Shown: one piece after another, positions 10,510 through 20,790 of the stretch | Numbering within the stretch: position 1 is the stretch's first letter | Layout: the number at the start of each line of letters is the position of its first letter | Source: Candidatus Poribacteria bacterium | GTDB lineage: Bacteria; Poribacteria; WGA-4E; PCPOR2b | NCBI GenBank assembly: GCA_965116925.1 | Contig: OZ220744.1 | Location: 4,256,001-4,320,000, forward strand | Length of the DNA stretch: 64,000 nt | Direction of reading: 5' to 3' | Notes under the pieces: model-generated | Seen by the model: only the letters and a program-made list of their open reading frames with translations | Told to the model about the DNA's origin: nothing | The model's database searches: none | Position numbers and translations under genes: made by a program

Positions 10510-11478
10510 CTAGCTTTGGTTATCCTGCCTAAAAAACGGATCCACCTGTGACTCCTGCCGCTCAAGTTCAGTGAGTCGTCGGCGGATGCGCTGTCGGCGT
10601 CGGAGGTACACAAGAATAAATACCAGCCCAAGGCTGCCCCAAAAAAGGTATGAATTTGAGAATAGTGCTGCCCAGTAGTAACGCTGGGAGAGCGAGGCTT
10701 GCCATTCCGCATCGAATGTGGCGAGGTCCCAGCCGATTGCTTGCTTATAGGCGGTATTCAGATCGTGTCCCGCGCCAAGTAGGTCGATAACCTCCCATAA
10801 CTTTTCAACCCCTGCAATTTTTACCAGCCATGCAACCGCATTCAGGCTTTCGGCGTAAGCCAGCTGCGCCCCCCTTTCGGGGATTGGAAACCGTTCTGTC
10901 AGGTCTGCGAGCGGAATGATTGATCTCGATAGGATATGCTCAAACATGACATCATGGCGGTGGGGTGCCCACTCTCCGGAGAGGTAGATCGCAATCCCTT
11001 CAATAAACCACAAGGGGATGTCTCCGATTGTGGATTTGGTGCGTTGTCCGAAAGCGATGTGCACAATTTCGTGGCGGAGGACTTGGGAGAGTTGGAACTT
11101 TTGATCAATGATGACACGCGGGTTTTGGATCACAATGCGCCGACTGAGCGGGAAGGCGCAACCGACCGCCCAGTCTTGGATGGGGGCGTGGGCGGCGGCT
11201 TGGAATTGTTCCTGTGTCTTGCACATCCAGATCTCGATCTTGCCGATCTCTATCCCATCAATCAGGCGATTGAGATGCGGATAGAAATCCTCGGCAATAT
11301 CGGCGATATCTTGGGGGTGGGTCTCGTCGGGTTGGTAGTAGATCTGGAAATGCTCGCTTTCGAGCATCTCCCATGAATCCTCAGTGTTGCTATACAATCC
11401 GGTCGCACTGAAAATCAGCAGAATTGGCAAACAGAATCGGGAAAGTATGCGTAATGCTTTCCGAATGATCGCGTGCAT
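10510..11478 (-). CDS. Peptidase MA-like zinc metallopeptidase domain protein, membrane-anchored
   Basis: Signal peptide, HEIVH (HExxH), PLWFIEGIA, AYAES, C-terminal TM followed by Arg cluster. Confidence 0.8.
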   Translation of the reverse strand: MHAIIRKALRILSRFCLPILLIFSATGLYSNTEDSWEMLESEHFQIYYQPDETHPQDIADIAEDFYPHLNRLIDGIEIGKIEIWMCKTQEQFQAAAHAPIQDWAVGCAFPLSRRIVIQNPRVIIDQKFQLSQVLRHEIVHIAFGQRTKSTIGDIPLWFIEGIAIYLSGEWAPHRHDVMFEHILSRSIIPLADLTERFPIPERGAQLAYAESLNAVAWLVKIAGVEKLWEVIDLLGAGHDLNTAYKQAIGWDLATFDAEWQASLSQRYYWAALFSNSYLFWGSLGLVFILVYLRRRQRIRRRLTELERQESQVDPFFRQDNQS

Positions 11479-11554
11479 GGTTTTCCCCACCTTTTGAGAT
11501 GAATGTGCGTCTATAGGCTGGGCGCAATTCAAGAGAAGCTGCAAGGTATTTCCA

Positions 11555-12568
11555 TTACGCGATCCGATACTTCTCCACCGCCTCCATATCCAATTCAATC
11601 CCCAATCCGGGCGTGGTAGGTACTTCGACGAAGCCATCCTTTGGGGGCAATGCGCCGTAAATGAGATCATTCTCACGGACGAAATGGAGGGAATCGCTTG
11701 GAATCGTTGCGTTCTTGATAACCGCATGAACGTGGGTGCCGAAAGCACCCGATACGCCCAAACCGAGTCCAACAACCTGTAGCCACACCGGCAACCCCGC
11801 TGCTTCAGCGATGCCAGCGTTTTGCTGCGCGCTCATCGGACTACCCGCGGTGTTGAACATATCCGCTGCGTCTGCTTTGATGGCGTCTATAATCATCTTC
11901 GGATCTGCGATGTGAGGTGCGAGGGGGATGTGGGTCTGACTGCGAAAGTCGCGGTAGCTGTCCCAACCGTATTCGTGATACGAAAACGGATCTTCAAACG
12001 CTTCAATGTTGTATTTTTCTAACTCGTGTGCAAGACGGATCGATTGCTCCGGGGTCTCAAAAGAGAAGTTTGGATCGACGATAATCCCGTAATCCTCCCC
12101 CGCTGCTTCTGTCATGAGTCGGACGGTCTCCGCGATGTTCCACGGACGCGCTTTGAGCTTGTGTGTCTTAAAACCCAACTTGGCACCAACTTCTGCTTCC
12201 GCTGCAAATTCCTCTGGCTCCATCGGGCACGACCAATAACCGACGGGAACCCTCTCCCAGTGCTGTGCCCCCATCAGTTTGTGAGCGGGTACACTGAGTG
12301 CCTTGCCGACAATATCGAAAATTGCCGAGCCGAAGGCACCGCCGAGATTCTGCCATTTCAGATCCATTACGTTTACACCGATCCACCCCTCGATTGCGTC
12401 GTCAAATCGCTGTCCCCTTCCACCTTCACCTAAGCCGTAGATGCCTTCATCTGTGTGAACTTTGATGATTGGGATGGGGCGTTCGAGGTAGTCTCCGGGA
12501 CGGTGTTTCTCAATGGCAGGGATGTGGGGGACCGCTGTGATAAACTGCTCGACTTTTGTGATCTTCAT
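11555..12568 (-). CDS. Mandelate racemase/muconate lactonizing enzyme (enolase superfamily) protein
   Basis: MKITKV, TDEGIYGLGE, DIVGKAL.VP, KLK, VDPN, EDP, PGLGIELD. Confidence 0.88.
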   Translation of the reverse strand: MKITKVEQFITAVPHIPAIEKHRPGDYLERPIPIIKVHTDEGIYGLGEGGRGQRFDDAIEGWIGVNVMDLKWQNLGGAFGSAIFDIVGKALSVPAHKLMGAQHWERVPVGYWSCPMEPEEFAAEAEVGAKLGFKTHKLKARPWNIAETVRLMTEAAGEDYGIIVDPNFSFETPEQSIRLAHELEKYNIEAFEDPFSYHEYGWDSYRDFRSQTHIPLAPHIADPKMIIDAIKADAADMFNTAGSPMSAQQNAGIAEAAGLPVWLQVVGLGLGVSGAFGTHVHAVIKNATIPSDSLHFVRENDLIYGALPPKDGFVEVPTTPGLGIELDMEAVEKYRIA

Positions 12569-12640
12569 TCGCTTGCCTCGTAGCGTTTTGATCAAAAGTA
12601 AGTATCCTATGAATATACCGCTTCGTTGGGGCTTTGGTAC

Positions 12641-12963
12641 GTAGGTTGGGTTGAACGGTACGGTTGAAATATACCAAGCATTACTCTTAGATTTTGGAGT
12701 TAGATACTGCTCGAGATCTCCGAAACGCTAGTGAAACCCAACAATTGATTGTCAATTGAATTAAGGTGTTGGGTTTCACTGTATCTATAAGAGAATGTTA
12801 TTTACAGGTAGAACGTCTATTGTGCTTGAGAGGTATTCATTTTGGCTCATATAAAAAGAAAGTGCAAAATGCGAAGCGCGGGCGGGGAGACCCCGCCCCT
12901 ACGGTTTCTGTTGCACCCTTTCTTAACATGAGCCTTCATTTTTAACCGTTCAACCCAACCTAC
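12641..12963. repeat. GTAG-type REP-derived miniature element (family A)
   Basis: Inverted ends gtaggttgggttgaacg ... cgttcaacccaacctac with internal gtgaaacccaac/gttgggtttcac; also holds a second REP gggcggggagaccccgcccctac. Confidence 0.8.
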
Positions 12964-12971
12964 GCCACTGT

Positions 12972-13970
12972 TCATCTTAGGTGAGATAAGGTTTCCCGAA
13001 ACGCCTTGACGTGTGCGGGACTTGTCCCACAGCAGCCGCCAATCAGATAAGCCCCCTCTTTGATCAACTCTGGCAGATAAGGCGACATCTCCTCCGGTGC
13101 TTGGGGCCAATATGTCTGCTGGTTCTCGTCTAAACGTGCCATACCCGCATTTGGATATGCCATCAGTCGCTTTGAATTAATCCCCTTCTCCTCCATCGCT
13201 TCGCGCAGCTGCTGGATGCCGTTTATCGCATAGGGCATTCCCGTATGCTCCTCACGCCTCGATTCTGCACCGCAGTTTAGCCCTAAGATCTGAACAGAAT
13301 CGAGTAGGTTGTCTCCGTCGGAGAATTCCCCTTCGGCTAGAATTTCAACAAGAGACGCAGCCGAATGCCCCCAATCCGTTTTGTATATCACCTTTTTCGT
13401 CCGTCGATCTCTGGTGTATTTATAGGTCATATTCACGGCGATGGGAAGCCCTGTTTTTCTCGCAACGTCAACAGCGATTGCAGCCTCCTTCGCGGAGAAC
13501 ATAGTTTCAATACAGAAAAAGTCTACGCCTTCTTCTGCGAGGGCGTTTATTATCCGCTCATGTGCGTCTCTGACGGCATCATTCGCAATACCGAAGTCAA
13601 CACCGCCGCTATCGGCTTCGATTGCGCCGGGCGAGGGTCCGACTGACCCTGCAATATATACATCCCTTCCATTTCTCTCAACGGCTGCTTTCGCGTGTAC
13701 GACAGCTTGCCGCGTGATTTTCTCAGCTTCGGCTGCATCTTTCCCCGCCATTTCGAGGTGCAGGGGAGAAGCGACAAATGTGTTCGTTCCGATTGCATCG
13801 GCACCCGCTTCAATGTAAGCTGCATGAATGTCGATGACCGTTTCCGGGTGCAATTCGTTTGCCAGAGTGCTGTTTGTCAATGCGATGCCCACAGTAAACA
13901 GTTGTGAGCCAAACCCACCGTCATAAATCATTGGGGTGGGGTCTTTCAATCTATCCAAAAATGTCTTCAT
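12972..13970 (-). CDS. Stand-alone homocysteine S-methyltransferase (MetH Hcy-binding domain-like)
   Basis: YDGGFGSQL, AGADAIGTNTF, IAGSVGP, IETM, Zn ligands GLNC and IGGCCG, YPNAG. Confidence 0.9.
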   Translation of the reverse strand: MKTFLDRLKDPTPMIYDGGFGSQLFTVGIALTNSTLANELHPETVIDIHAAYIEAGADAIGTNTFVASPLHLEMAGKDAAEAEKITRQAVVHAKAAVERNGRDVYIAGSVGPSPGAIEADSGGVDFGIANDAVRDAHERIINALAEEGVDFFCIETMFSAKEAAIAVDVARKTGLPIAVNMTYKYTRDRRTKKVIYKTDWGHSAASLVEILAEGEFSDGDNLLDSVQILGLNCGAESRREEHTGMPYAINGIQQLREAMEEKGINSKRLMAYPNAGMARLDENQQTYWPQAPEEMSPYLPELIKEGAYLIGGCCGTSPAHVKAFRETLSHLR

Positions 13971-14025
13971 CTAAAGTCCTCTGATGTTTCAATAGAATTT
14001 TCACGCTACTCAGGTTTGCTCCTTT

Positions 14026-15087
14026 CTATCCCGTTGTCCAATGTTCTGGATCGAGACCGAAGCCACGTGCCTCCTCACAGATAGCCGCCCAAGTTGTATC
14101 ATCAATCTCAATACCCTCGACCTGCTTTCGTTCGGCTGTGCGAAATTCGGGTTCACCGGGAGTCAAGATCTCCTGGAATCCCGGCGCAAGGCGGCTCGAT
14201 TTGACGTGCTGAATCAGGTCCTCCACTTCATTGTAGTAGGCGTCGAGACTGGTGAAGTGAGTAATACTATAAACGGTGAAAAGCACACCATTGCTTACCA
14301 TTGTGCGTTCCCCGGCAGCACACCCCTCGCCGCTGAGAGTTCCGCCCAAAAGTTCCACCACAAAGCTAAGTCCGTAGCCTTTGTGTGCCACGACACCACC
14401 CATCGGCAGGATGGCTCCAGGTGGATCGGCTCTAAAGTCGTTCGGGTCGGTGGTCGGGTTGCCTTGTGAATCAATGAGCCAACCTTCCGGCACCTGTTTC
14501 CCCTGATTAATTGCAACGCGGACCTTACCTTCAGCCACCACGGAGGTGGTCATATCAACTAAAATCGGCTCATCGTTCCGGCGTGGGGCAGAGAACGCGA
14601 TCGGGTTTGTACTGAGGCGGCCGTCGAGACCACCGAAGGGAGCGATCTGGTAGCCGAGATTGCCGGCGTTGACGAAGGCCACTCCCATCATCTCGTTTCG
14701 AGCTGCCATCAAAGGATACGCACCCGCCCGCCCAACATGGCTCGTATTTCGCAGTGCGACGGTACCTGTTCCGTATTGTTTTGCTTTTTCGATTGCGAGG
14801 TTCATCGCAAAGGTTGCCCCGACCTGTCCAAGCGCGCTGTGTCCATCTACCACCGCAGCACAGGGATTATCACTCACAATTTCAGGCTTTGCGGTGGGTT
14901 GAAATCTACCATCTCGTATGGCACGGGCATATTCGTAGAAACGGATGGCACCGTGGGAATCGTGTCCGAAGAGGTTGGATTCGATTAGATGGTCAACAAC
15001 CGATCGGGTGTCTTCTGCTGTACAACCGGCGGCTTCAAAGAGGTCATAGCCAATTTGCCGCAGATTGTCGGGTTGGAATATAGGCAT
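14026..15087 (-). CDS. Ldh_2-family (malate/L-lactate/sulfolactate dehydrogenase-like) oxidoreductase
   Basis: GHDSHG, HVGRAG.Y, STNPIAF, DMTTS.VAEGK, HKGYGL, PGEPE. Confidence 0.9.
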   Translation of the reverse strand: MPIFQPDNLRQIGYDLFEAAGCTAEDTRSVVDHLIESNLFGHDSHGAIRFYEYARAIRDGRFQPTAKPEIVSDNPCAAVVDGHSALGQVGATFAMNLAIEKAKQYGTGTVALRNTSHVGRAGAYPLMAARNEMMGVAFVNAGNLGYQIAPFGGLDGRLSTNPIAFSAPRRNDEPILVDMTTSVVAEGKVRVAINQGKQVPEGWLIDSQGNPTTDPNDFRADPPGAILPMGGVVAHKGYGLSFVVELLGGTLSGEGCAAGERTMVSNGVLFTVYSITHFTSLDAYYNEVEDLIQHVKSSRLAPGFQEILTPGEPEFRTAERKQVEGIEIDDTTWAAICEEARGFGLDPEHWTTG

Positions 15088-15153
15088 GAAAGTTCCTTTC
15101 TGCTGTTCTAATCTATGTATGACTTTTTCATCTGGTACAGACGAGTTTTTTAT

Positions 15154-15255
15154 TATAGTAGATTTTAGAATTAATGGGACACGCCAAACCGGTGCGGTGA
15201 CAAACCGCACCTACCGGGGGGCGCAAGTGTTTCTTTATTTTTTGAATTCACTATA
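15154..15255. repeat. Miniature element family B, short form
   Basis: Ends tatagtagattttagaattaatgggacac ... gtgtttctttattttttgaattcactata with central REP ggtgcgg-aaaccgcacctacc; longer copies at 44509 and 55353. Confidence 0.8.
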
Positions 15256-15531
15256 GCTTCTCTGCTTTTGAATCTTATTATCGTGTTCTGTCTCAAGTTC
15301 TTCTACAAGTGCGTTCAGAATATCCTCCGGTTCGCCGGGACGTTCCCGCTTCTCTGTCCACTGCCACTGATCGAGGTAGTCGTCTGTTCCGGCTAAACCT
15401 GTTTCCATCGCTGTGCGATCAATCTCAACCTGAAAACGTTTAGGCATTTGCTGTGAGATTGGTTTTCTACCTTCAAAGACTCTGACCTGCGCCGGAATAT
15501 CTTTCCAATATAGGATTTGATACATTGCCAC
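15235..15531 (-). CDS. 'Virulence factor' family (CvfA-like/Virulence_fact) small protein
   Basis: YQILYWKDIPAQV...RFQ..IDR.AM..G...TDDYL.QW pattern. Confidence 0.75.
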   Translation of the reverse strand: MAMYQILYWKDIPAQVRVFEGRKPISQQMPKRFQVEIDRTAMETGLAGTDDYLDQWQWTEKRERPGEPEDILNALVEELETEHDNKIQKQRSYSEFKK

Positions 15532-15534
15532 GGT

Positions 15535-16569
15535 TCAACCCTCCAATTCTCCCTTGCGATAGGCACGCAGGAATGTTCTACAGAAGCGATCTTTGCCCAG
15601 CATCATATCTTCGGTCAGTTGATAGGCTTTTGACGATCGATCAACGGCGAGGGCTTTCTGCGGATTGTTGGTCACAGGGTCGATGATCCCGCTATCGGCA
15701 CCGGCTTCGACCGCGAGAATCATAAACACATCATTGATGAGACGACGGGAGGGCATCTGGAAGGAGACGTTGCTGAACCCACCACTGATATGGATAGCGG
15801 GACCATACTTCTCACGGAGTTGTCGGATAGCTTCAAAAGCGTGGTTACCGTTCTCTGTATCTACCCCAATCGGAAAGAACAGCGGATCGATGAAGATGTC
15901 CTCGGTCGCAATACCTCTGTCGTGCGCTGCGTCTACCATGCGTGAGGCGTTGGCGACTCGCTCTTCGGGGGTCTGTGGCATTCCAGATTCGCTGGCGGCT
16001 GTCACCATAACCTTCGTATTGTACTGTGTGGCGAGGTCCAATGCGTCAAGACGTTCCAGCGATGCGGAGTTGAGTAGTGCCCGCCCAACACTGCTATCAT
16101 ACACCTCAAGTCCTGCCGCTATAATTTCGCTGTTGGAGGAATCGATGGACAGGGGTGTGTCAGTCATCTGCTGAAGGGCTTGTACCAACCAGCGCATGGC
16201 TTCCTTCTGCTCTTCAAGCCGCCACGAAATTTCATCAACATTGACATCAAGGAAGTCGGTGCCGGAATCGACCTGCCGTTGGACGATTTTGCGTATGTAC
16301 TCCACACCTTCGCTGGCGTGGGGTTCTTCACCCGACATCGCCGCCTGAACCGCGATGATGACATGCTTGACGCGTCCCTCCTCATATTCTTGGGATTTCT
16401 TGATAGATTCGGGAATAACGAGGTAGCGGCGTTTTTTATTTGTATCCAAATAGCGGACGGATTCAATTCCATCTGGATTGTTCGTAACCAGTTTTCCGTT
16501 TCGGCGTACCACCCGCGTGGTATGGACATTTTCGCCGATGATGATAAAATCCTGATCGTTTATTTGCAT
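15535..16569 (-). CDS. Pterin-binding methyltransferase (AcsE / MetH folate-domain-like, DHPS fold)
   Basis: IIGENV, FLDVNVD, PLSIDSS, LLNS, IFIDPL, GFSNVSF, GIIDP. Confidence 0.88.
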   Translation of the reverse strand: MQINDQDFIIIGENVHTTRVVRRNGKLVTNNPDGIESVRYLDTNKKRRYLVIPESIKKSQEYEEGRVKHVIIAVQAAMSGEEPHASEGVEYIRKIVQRQVDSGTDFLDVNVDEISWRLEEQKEAMRWLVQALQQMTDTPLSIDSSNSEIIAAGLEVYDSSVGRALLNSASLERLDALDLATQYNTKVMVTAASESGMPQTPEERVANASRMVDAAHDRGIATEDIFIDPLFFPIGVDTENGNHAFEAIRQLREKYGPAIHISGGFSNVSFQMPSRRLINDVFMILAVEAGADSGIIDPVTNNPQKALAVDRSSKAYQLTEDMMLGKDRFCRTFLRAYRKGELEG

Positions 16570-16627
16570 CTTTACCCCTCTAATGTGTAGTGAGTAATGC
16601 GTAAAGAAGCCCTTTATGTATTACGTA

Positions 16628-18232
16628 TTACTCGTTATTCTTCGCGTGATGGTCTCGCTCCAGAAAAGTGTTGCCCCAAGCACTTGTGCCGTTGAGGGCA
16701 CCGTCCTTGAAAATCGCTGGACCATCTAACATCGTTTCTTCTTCACCGTAGGCTTTGAGACGGCCATAAGCCCGTGCCCAGATACAGTCCTTCTCTCCAA
16801 TTTCGCATTTACCCTGACGGGTTCCACCGCACGGTCCGTTGCGTTGGTTTTTCACGCACTGAGATTCAGGACATAGATACGCAATATCGGGCAGCGAGCA
16901 GTCGCCGCAGTCGCGACAGTCAAAGGCGGTGACCTTCACCGCTTGTTCCAAACCGTGCATGGCTTTTTTTATCCCCTCGCTTGCCCCGTCAATCGCTTGA
17001 GAGATCCGCTTACCGACATTGAATCCCGCGCTCCCCTTTTCAAAAACTTGGTCGTGCACCACACGGTTCATCTTATAGCCCAAGGGAATTTCTCTCTTGG
17101 CGGTTTTCAAGGCTTCCGGCCGTTTTGAAAAGAGATACTCGCGATTAATCTCAGTTGAACTGAGTCCGGTATCCGTTTCCGGTTCAAAGAAGTAAAATTC
17201 GTCGGGATAGTGGAAGCAAATTTCTTTGGCGAAATCCTTCCAATCGTCCTCACCAAAGCGATCTACTATCTTCAGAATTTTCACATAGTCTGTATAGCGT
17301 AGATGACCGCCTAGGTATACGCCGCGATAGCCTAGTCCTTTGGCGATGGCACACTGCTTAGCTGCGAATTCCAAGAGGAAGGCTTTGCCCTTGTCCTTTG
17401 ATTTTCCCTCTTTTTCGACTCGGTCAAGCAGCTGGTCGGTTACGGTCACGCCGGGGATGTTCCCCTTATTGAAAAAACGGGCGGCGGGTCGGCTGAGAAC
17501 GTAGACGTTGCCAATCACCGGGACATTCAGATTGTGGGTCGTCATATACTTCAACAATTCATCCTGTTTGCGTGAGTCGTACCCGATCTGGTTGATGATG
17601 AACGCAGCACCGTTCTCAATCTTCTTTTTTAGCTTGAAATACTGTGGCATAACCTCGCGTTCGTAACGTTTGTGGTTGTTGATCGCCGCACCCAAAAAGA
17701 AATTGGTGCGCTCCAACACCTGCGATCTTCTCCCTGCCCCTACCGTCATACCGGCGTTCATGTCAGCGAACATCTTCAGCAATCCTACGGAGTCGGTGTC
17801 AAAGACGGGACTCGCTTGACCACGATACCCATCGATCGGGTAATCGCCCGACAACGCTAGGATATTGTGAAACCCTTCGCTAGCAAGCTGCCATGCTCGG
17901 CTCTGAAGCGCGTTGCGGTTCCAGTCTTTGCAGGACAGGTGGATAATCACTTCCTGTCCACGGGAGAGAAGGTCTCTCCCCAAGGTATCGGGACCGATCA
18001 TAGCGTTGCCGCCCGGATTATCGGTGATGCTCAAGCCGTGTATGCGCGGATTGTCTGCCAGCTTTTGCGCCAATTCCAATACCCGCTCTCCATCGGGATC
18101 GGTCATAGTTCCACGCGAGGTTACCACTTCCACACAAGTGAGGAATGTATCTGTCTCCTGAAGCAGATGGCGGAATGAGGACCTCTGTGAAGCGTCAAAG
18201 TTATGGGCTGTTTTGGTGGGGGATGTATTCAT
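16628..18232 (-). CDS. metF: Methylenetetrahydrofolate reductase with C-terminal MetV-like Cys-rich domain
   Basis: SITDNPGG, IHLSCKDWNR, NILALSGD, KKIENGA.FIINQ; C-terminal CRDCGDC...CPESQC.KNQRNGPCGG...CE...CIW. Confidence 0.85.
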   Translation of the reverse strand: MNTSPTKTAHNFDASQRSSFRHLLQETDTFLTCVEVVTSRGTMTDPDGERVLELAQKLADNPRIHGLSITDNPGGNAMIGPDTLGRDLLSRGQEVIIHLSCKDWNRNALQSRAWQLASEGFHNILALSGDYPIDGYRGQASPVFDTDSVGLLKMFADMNAGMTVGAGRRSQVLERTNFFLGAAINNHKRYEREVMPQYFKLKKKIENGAAFIINQIGYDSRKQDELLKYMTTHNLNVPVIGNVYVLSRPAARFFNKGNIPGVTVTDQLLDRVEKEGKSKDKGKAFLLEFAAKQCAIAKGLGYRGVYLGGHLRYTDYVKILKIVDRFGEDDWKDFAKEICFHYPDEFYFFEPETDTGLSSTEINREYLFSKRPEALKTAKREIPLGYKMNRVVHDQVFEKGSAGFNVGKRISQAIDGASEGIKKAMHGLEQAVKVTAFDCRDCGDCSLPDIAYLCPESQCVKNQRNGPCGGTRQGKCEIGEKDCIWARAYGRLKAYGEEETMLDGPAIFKDGALNGTSAWGNTFLERDHHAKNNE

Positions 18233-18262
18233 GGTTGTGGGCTCGCTTGACTATGCTTAGGT

Positions 18263-19798
18263 TTAATAACCTTCTGACTTACACCATATTCTGCAATAAA
18301 CATCTTCTATCTCATTCAATGTTGTTTTCGACACATCTCCATATTCCTGAGATTCTTTTATTGCTTTAGATACGGAGTTATTGCACTGTTTCAGCTCTGA
18401 ATCCGTTGGATTCACAATGGGCATACGTTTCAGGTAGTTTGCTGAATTATTGGCTGTCGGGTTAATCTGACGAAGCAATTTAGTTGCAAGCTCCGTGTTT
18501 AAGAAACCGAGAAAATACATCAAGAGTTGTTCATTCTTAGGGAAGATGCCAACGATGCCTTGATCAAATAATCTACCTTCAAGCAATGTGGCAGTGAGAC
18601 GTGCTGACGCTACCATTGGAACACCAATTCCCTCCGAAAAATAGTACTGAGAATTCTGAAATCGAGCCGGATTCTTTCCCGGTGTTCGATATTTAGAAAC
18701 AGCCTCCTTGCTCCAATTAACATACCATTGCGTTTGTTTTACAAAGCGAGCTGCACCCCCTCGTAATACTGGGATGAAGCAGTTGGGGCCATCAATACCA
18801 TGAAGTGGTGGCACTGTGAGATCGGAAATTTTATCAACTTCGACATCTGCAAAAGATTTTGAACGTGGTATGTCAGCGTTGGCGCGGCGTACCCAATGAC
18901 GGTCATTACCTGAGTAAAAGCCGGTACGCACGTTAGCTATATCGCCCAAAGTCAAGTTGGCTCTGCTACTGAGCGTAATTCCATCGTCTTGTGATGGTTT
19001 CACGAATTCTGCACATGGTCGCGATAGGATTTCCTTTTGACTGATATTTGTAATTAAACACCGATTTTTTGACTCATATCCTAGAGCCAATTCCATCAAA
19101 ACATTCGCATTAGCAAGGTTCTCAATTATTCTTATTTGATGCGCCCTGTGAGTGGGCAGCTTGATTAAAGAGATAATACATAGCCCAGAATACCCAAAGC
19201 TAATTCCCGGAAAGAACTTTGATGGGAACAGTACGATTTCCTCAATGGTTGATTCATTCAGTAAGGTTCTTCGTAGGAAATCGTGGCGGTGAAGCCATAG
19301 AAATGTATCCGGGATGATAAATACCAAGCGACCTTCCTGATCTAGCAAACGAAAACAATGATAAAGAATTACACCATAGGTATCGCGCACATAGAGCCCC
19401 GGATAGCACTTCTTGAGAACGGCTCTTCTATGATGAGACTGATAAGCTCCATACGGAGGATTAGCAATGATGCGGTTGAAACGGATTTCTGGCTCAAATA
19501 AGGGGGAATGTCCTAGTTCAAGCACATCCTCATGCACGACCTTGATATTTTGGAATTGCTTATATTTTTCCTTGAGCGTGGTCGATGCCTGAGGGTCAAG
19601 TTCAGATGCCCGAATTTGCGAATTTGGGGATAACCGAATAATTCCATCAATTAAGTCACCAGCTCCCGCACAGGGTTCCCATATCGAATCCGCTGCGGTT
19701 GGTTTAAGCCGAGAAACCATGTATGAAACAATATCGGGCGAATCGGTATAATGAGCTTGGAACGTATCTCTATATCGTTGAGGTCTGGGGGTTACCAT
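18263..19798 (-). CDS. N6-adenine DNA methyltransferase, gamma class (TaqI/Eco57I-like)
   Basis: Motif I WEPCAGAG precedes motif IV IANPPY; C-terminal TRD-like region; visibly more AT-rich than neighbours. Confidence 0.9.
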   Translation of the reverse strand: MVTPRPQRYRDTFQAHYTDSPDIVSYMVSRLKPTAADSIWEPCAGAGDLIDGIIRLSPNSQIRASELDPQASTTLKEKYKQFQNIKVVHEDVLELGHSPLFEPEIRFNRIIANPPYGAYQSHHRRAVLKKCYPGLYVRDTYGVILYHCFRLLDQEGRLVFIIPDTFLWLHRHDFLRRTLLNESTIEEIVLFPSKFFPGISFGYSGLCIISLIKLPTHRAHQIRIIENLANANVLMELALGYESKNRCLITNISQKEILSRPCAEFVKPSQDDGITLSSRANLTLGDIANVRTGFYSGNDRHWVRRANADIPRSKSFADVEVDKISDLTVPPLHGIDGPNCFIPVLRGGAARFVKQTQWYVNWSKEAVSKYRTPGKNPARFQNSQYYFSEGIGVPMVASARLTATLLEGRLFDQGIVGIFPKNEQLLMYFLGFLNTELATKLLRQINPTANNSANYLKRMPIVNPTDSELKQCNNSVSKAIKESQEYGDVSKTTLNEIEDVYCRIWCKSEGY

Positions 19799-20790
19799 GT
19801 CAAGTATTTGACCAAGTCGTTTTGTTCAAGGGAATTTCGGAATTGGGGACTTACATCATCCATCCAAGTAACATTTTCGTGCATCCATCCACCTAAATCA
19901 AAGCCAGAATATTCTAACACTTTCGGATAGGTTTCTGCTCCACAATAAACTTCCCAGAGGTCTGACCCCTTCAGTATTTGAAGGTAGTGGTTATTTTCAT
20001 CTTCAGGTGCTCTCACCAAGAGAAGACACCGATAATCTTCTGGCTCTATGTGTTGGTATATACTAGCAACCAGAAATAAACGGTTGGTGTTTCCTTTTTC
20101 ATTTGAGCCGAAACCGCTCTTACAATCGACTACATACCGCGTACCTTCAATTGAGAAATGCAGATCCAATTCAAGTTTAATTTCACCCGATGTGACAAGA
20201 TGCCAAACTTGGTCATAGTAGCGGAGAAGTTGTTCTTTATCTTCCCTGCTGATGTTTAACCCTTGAATAAAATCTCGAACCTCGTTGGTCAATCTTTTCC
20301 TGATTTCCTCAAATAAAGGAGGGATGAATAAGGTAACATCTTTTCGTATCGGGTAATCAAAGCAAGTTGTGACGAAAGGCTCCCAGAGTTCACCCATTCT
20401 GCGAGAAAAAGCCATGTAGTCATAGGACCATACGTCATTCCGGCTCTCAAGCATCACGACATTCGTACAGTGCATTAACAAAAGGTTGGCTCGGAGGATT
20501 GAATCCGTTTGCCAATCTTCTCGCCCGGCATTTTGCCGTATAACAGCAGCTAACTGCTGTTTTTCTTTCGCAAGTGCACGGTTAATTGCTGTCGCTCGTT
20601 GCCTAAATTGCCTTTCGCCAAACTCCTGCTTTATCTCGTTAAGATATTCGATGGCTCTGAACCTGAGATAGGAAAGCAATTCGGCTTTACGTGAGTTGAA
20701 ATCCTTGTCGACTGATATAGACATCTGCATTCGTTGTAGCAGTTTTGCGTAACGGTCACATTTTGTGCAATAGATGGCTATATTACACAA
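19792..20790 (-). CDS. Putative type II restriction endonuclease (PD-(D/E)xK)
   Basis: ELDLHF...VVDCKSG motif; stop overlaps the MTase start; true start probably near 20729. Confidence 0.65.
   Translation of the reverse strand: MCNIAIYCTKCDRYAKLLQRMQMSISVDKDFNSRKAELLSYLRFRAIEYLNEIKQEFGERQFRQRATAINRALAKEKQQLAAVIRQNAGREDWQTDSILRANLLLMHCTNVVMLESRNDVWSYDYMAFSRRMGELWEPFVTTCFDYPIRKDVTLFIPPLFEEIRKRLTNEVRDFIQGLNISREDKEQLLRYYDQVWHLVTSGEIKLELDLHFSIEGTRYVVDCKSGFGSNEKGNTNRLFLVASIYQHIEPEDYRCLLLVRAPEDENNHYLQILKGSDLWEVYCGAETYPKVLEYSGFDLGGWMHENVTWMDDVSPQFRNSLEQNDLVKYLTW

Noticed and set aside
15088..15210. N-terminal extension of the Ldh-family ORF
   Set aside because: It runs through a family B repeat; ATG 15087 has an AAAGGA RBS.
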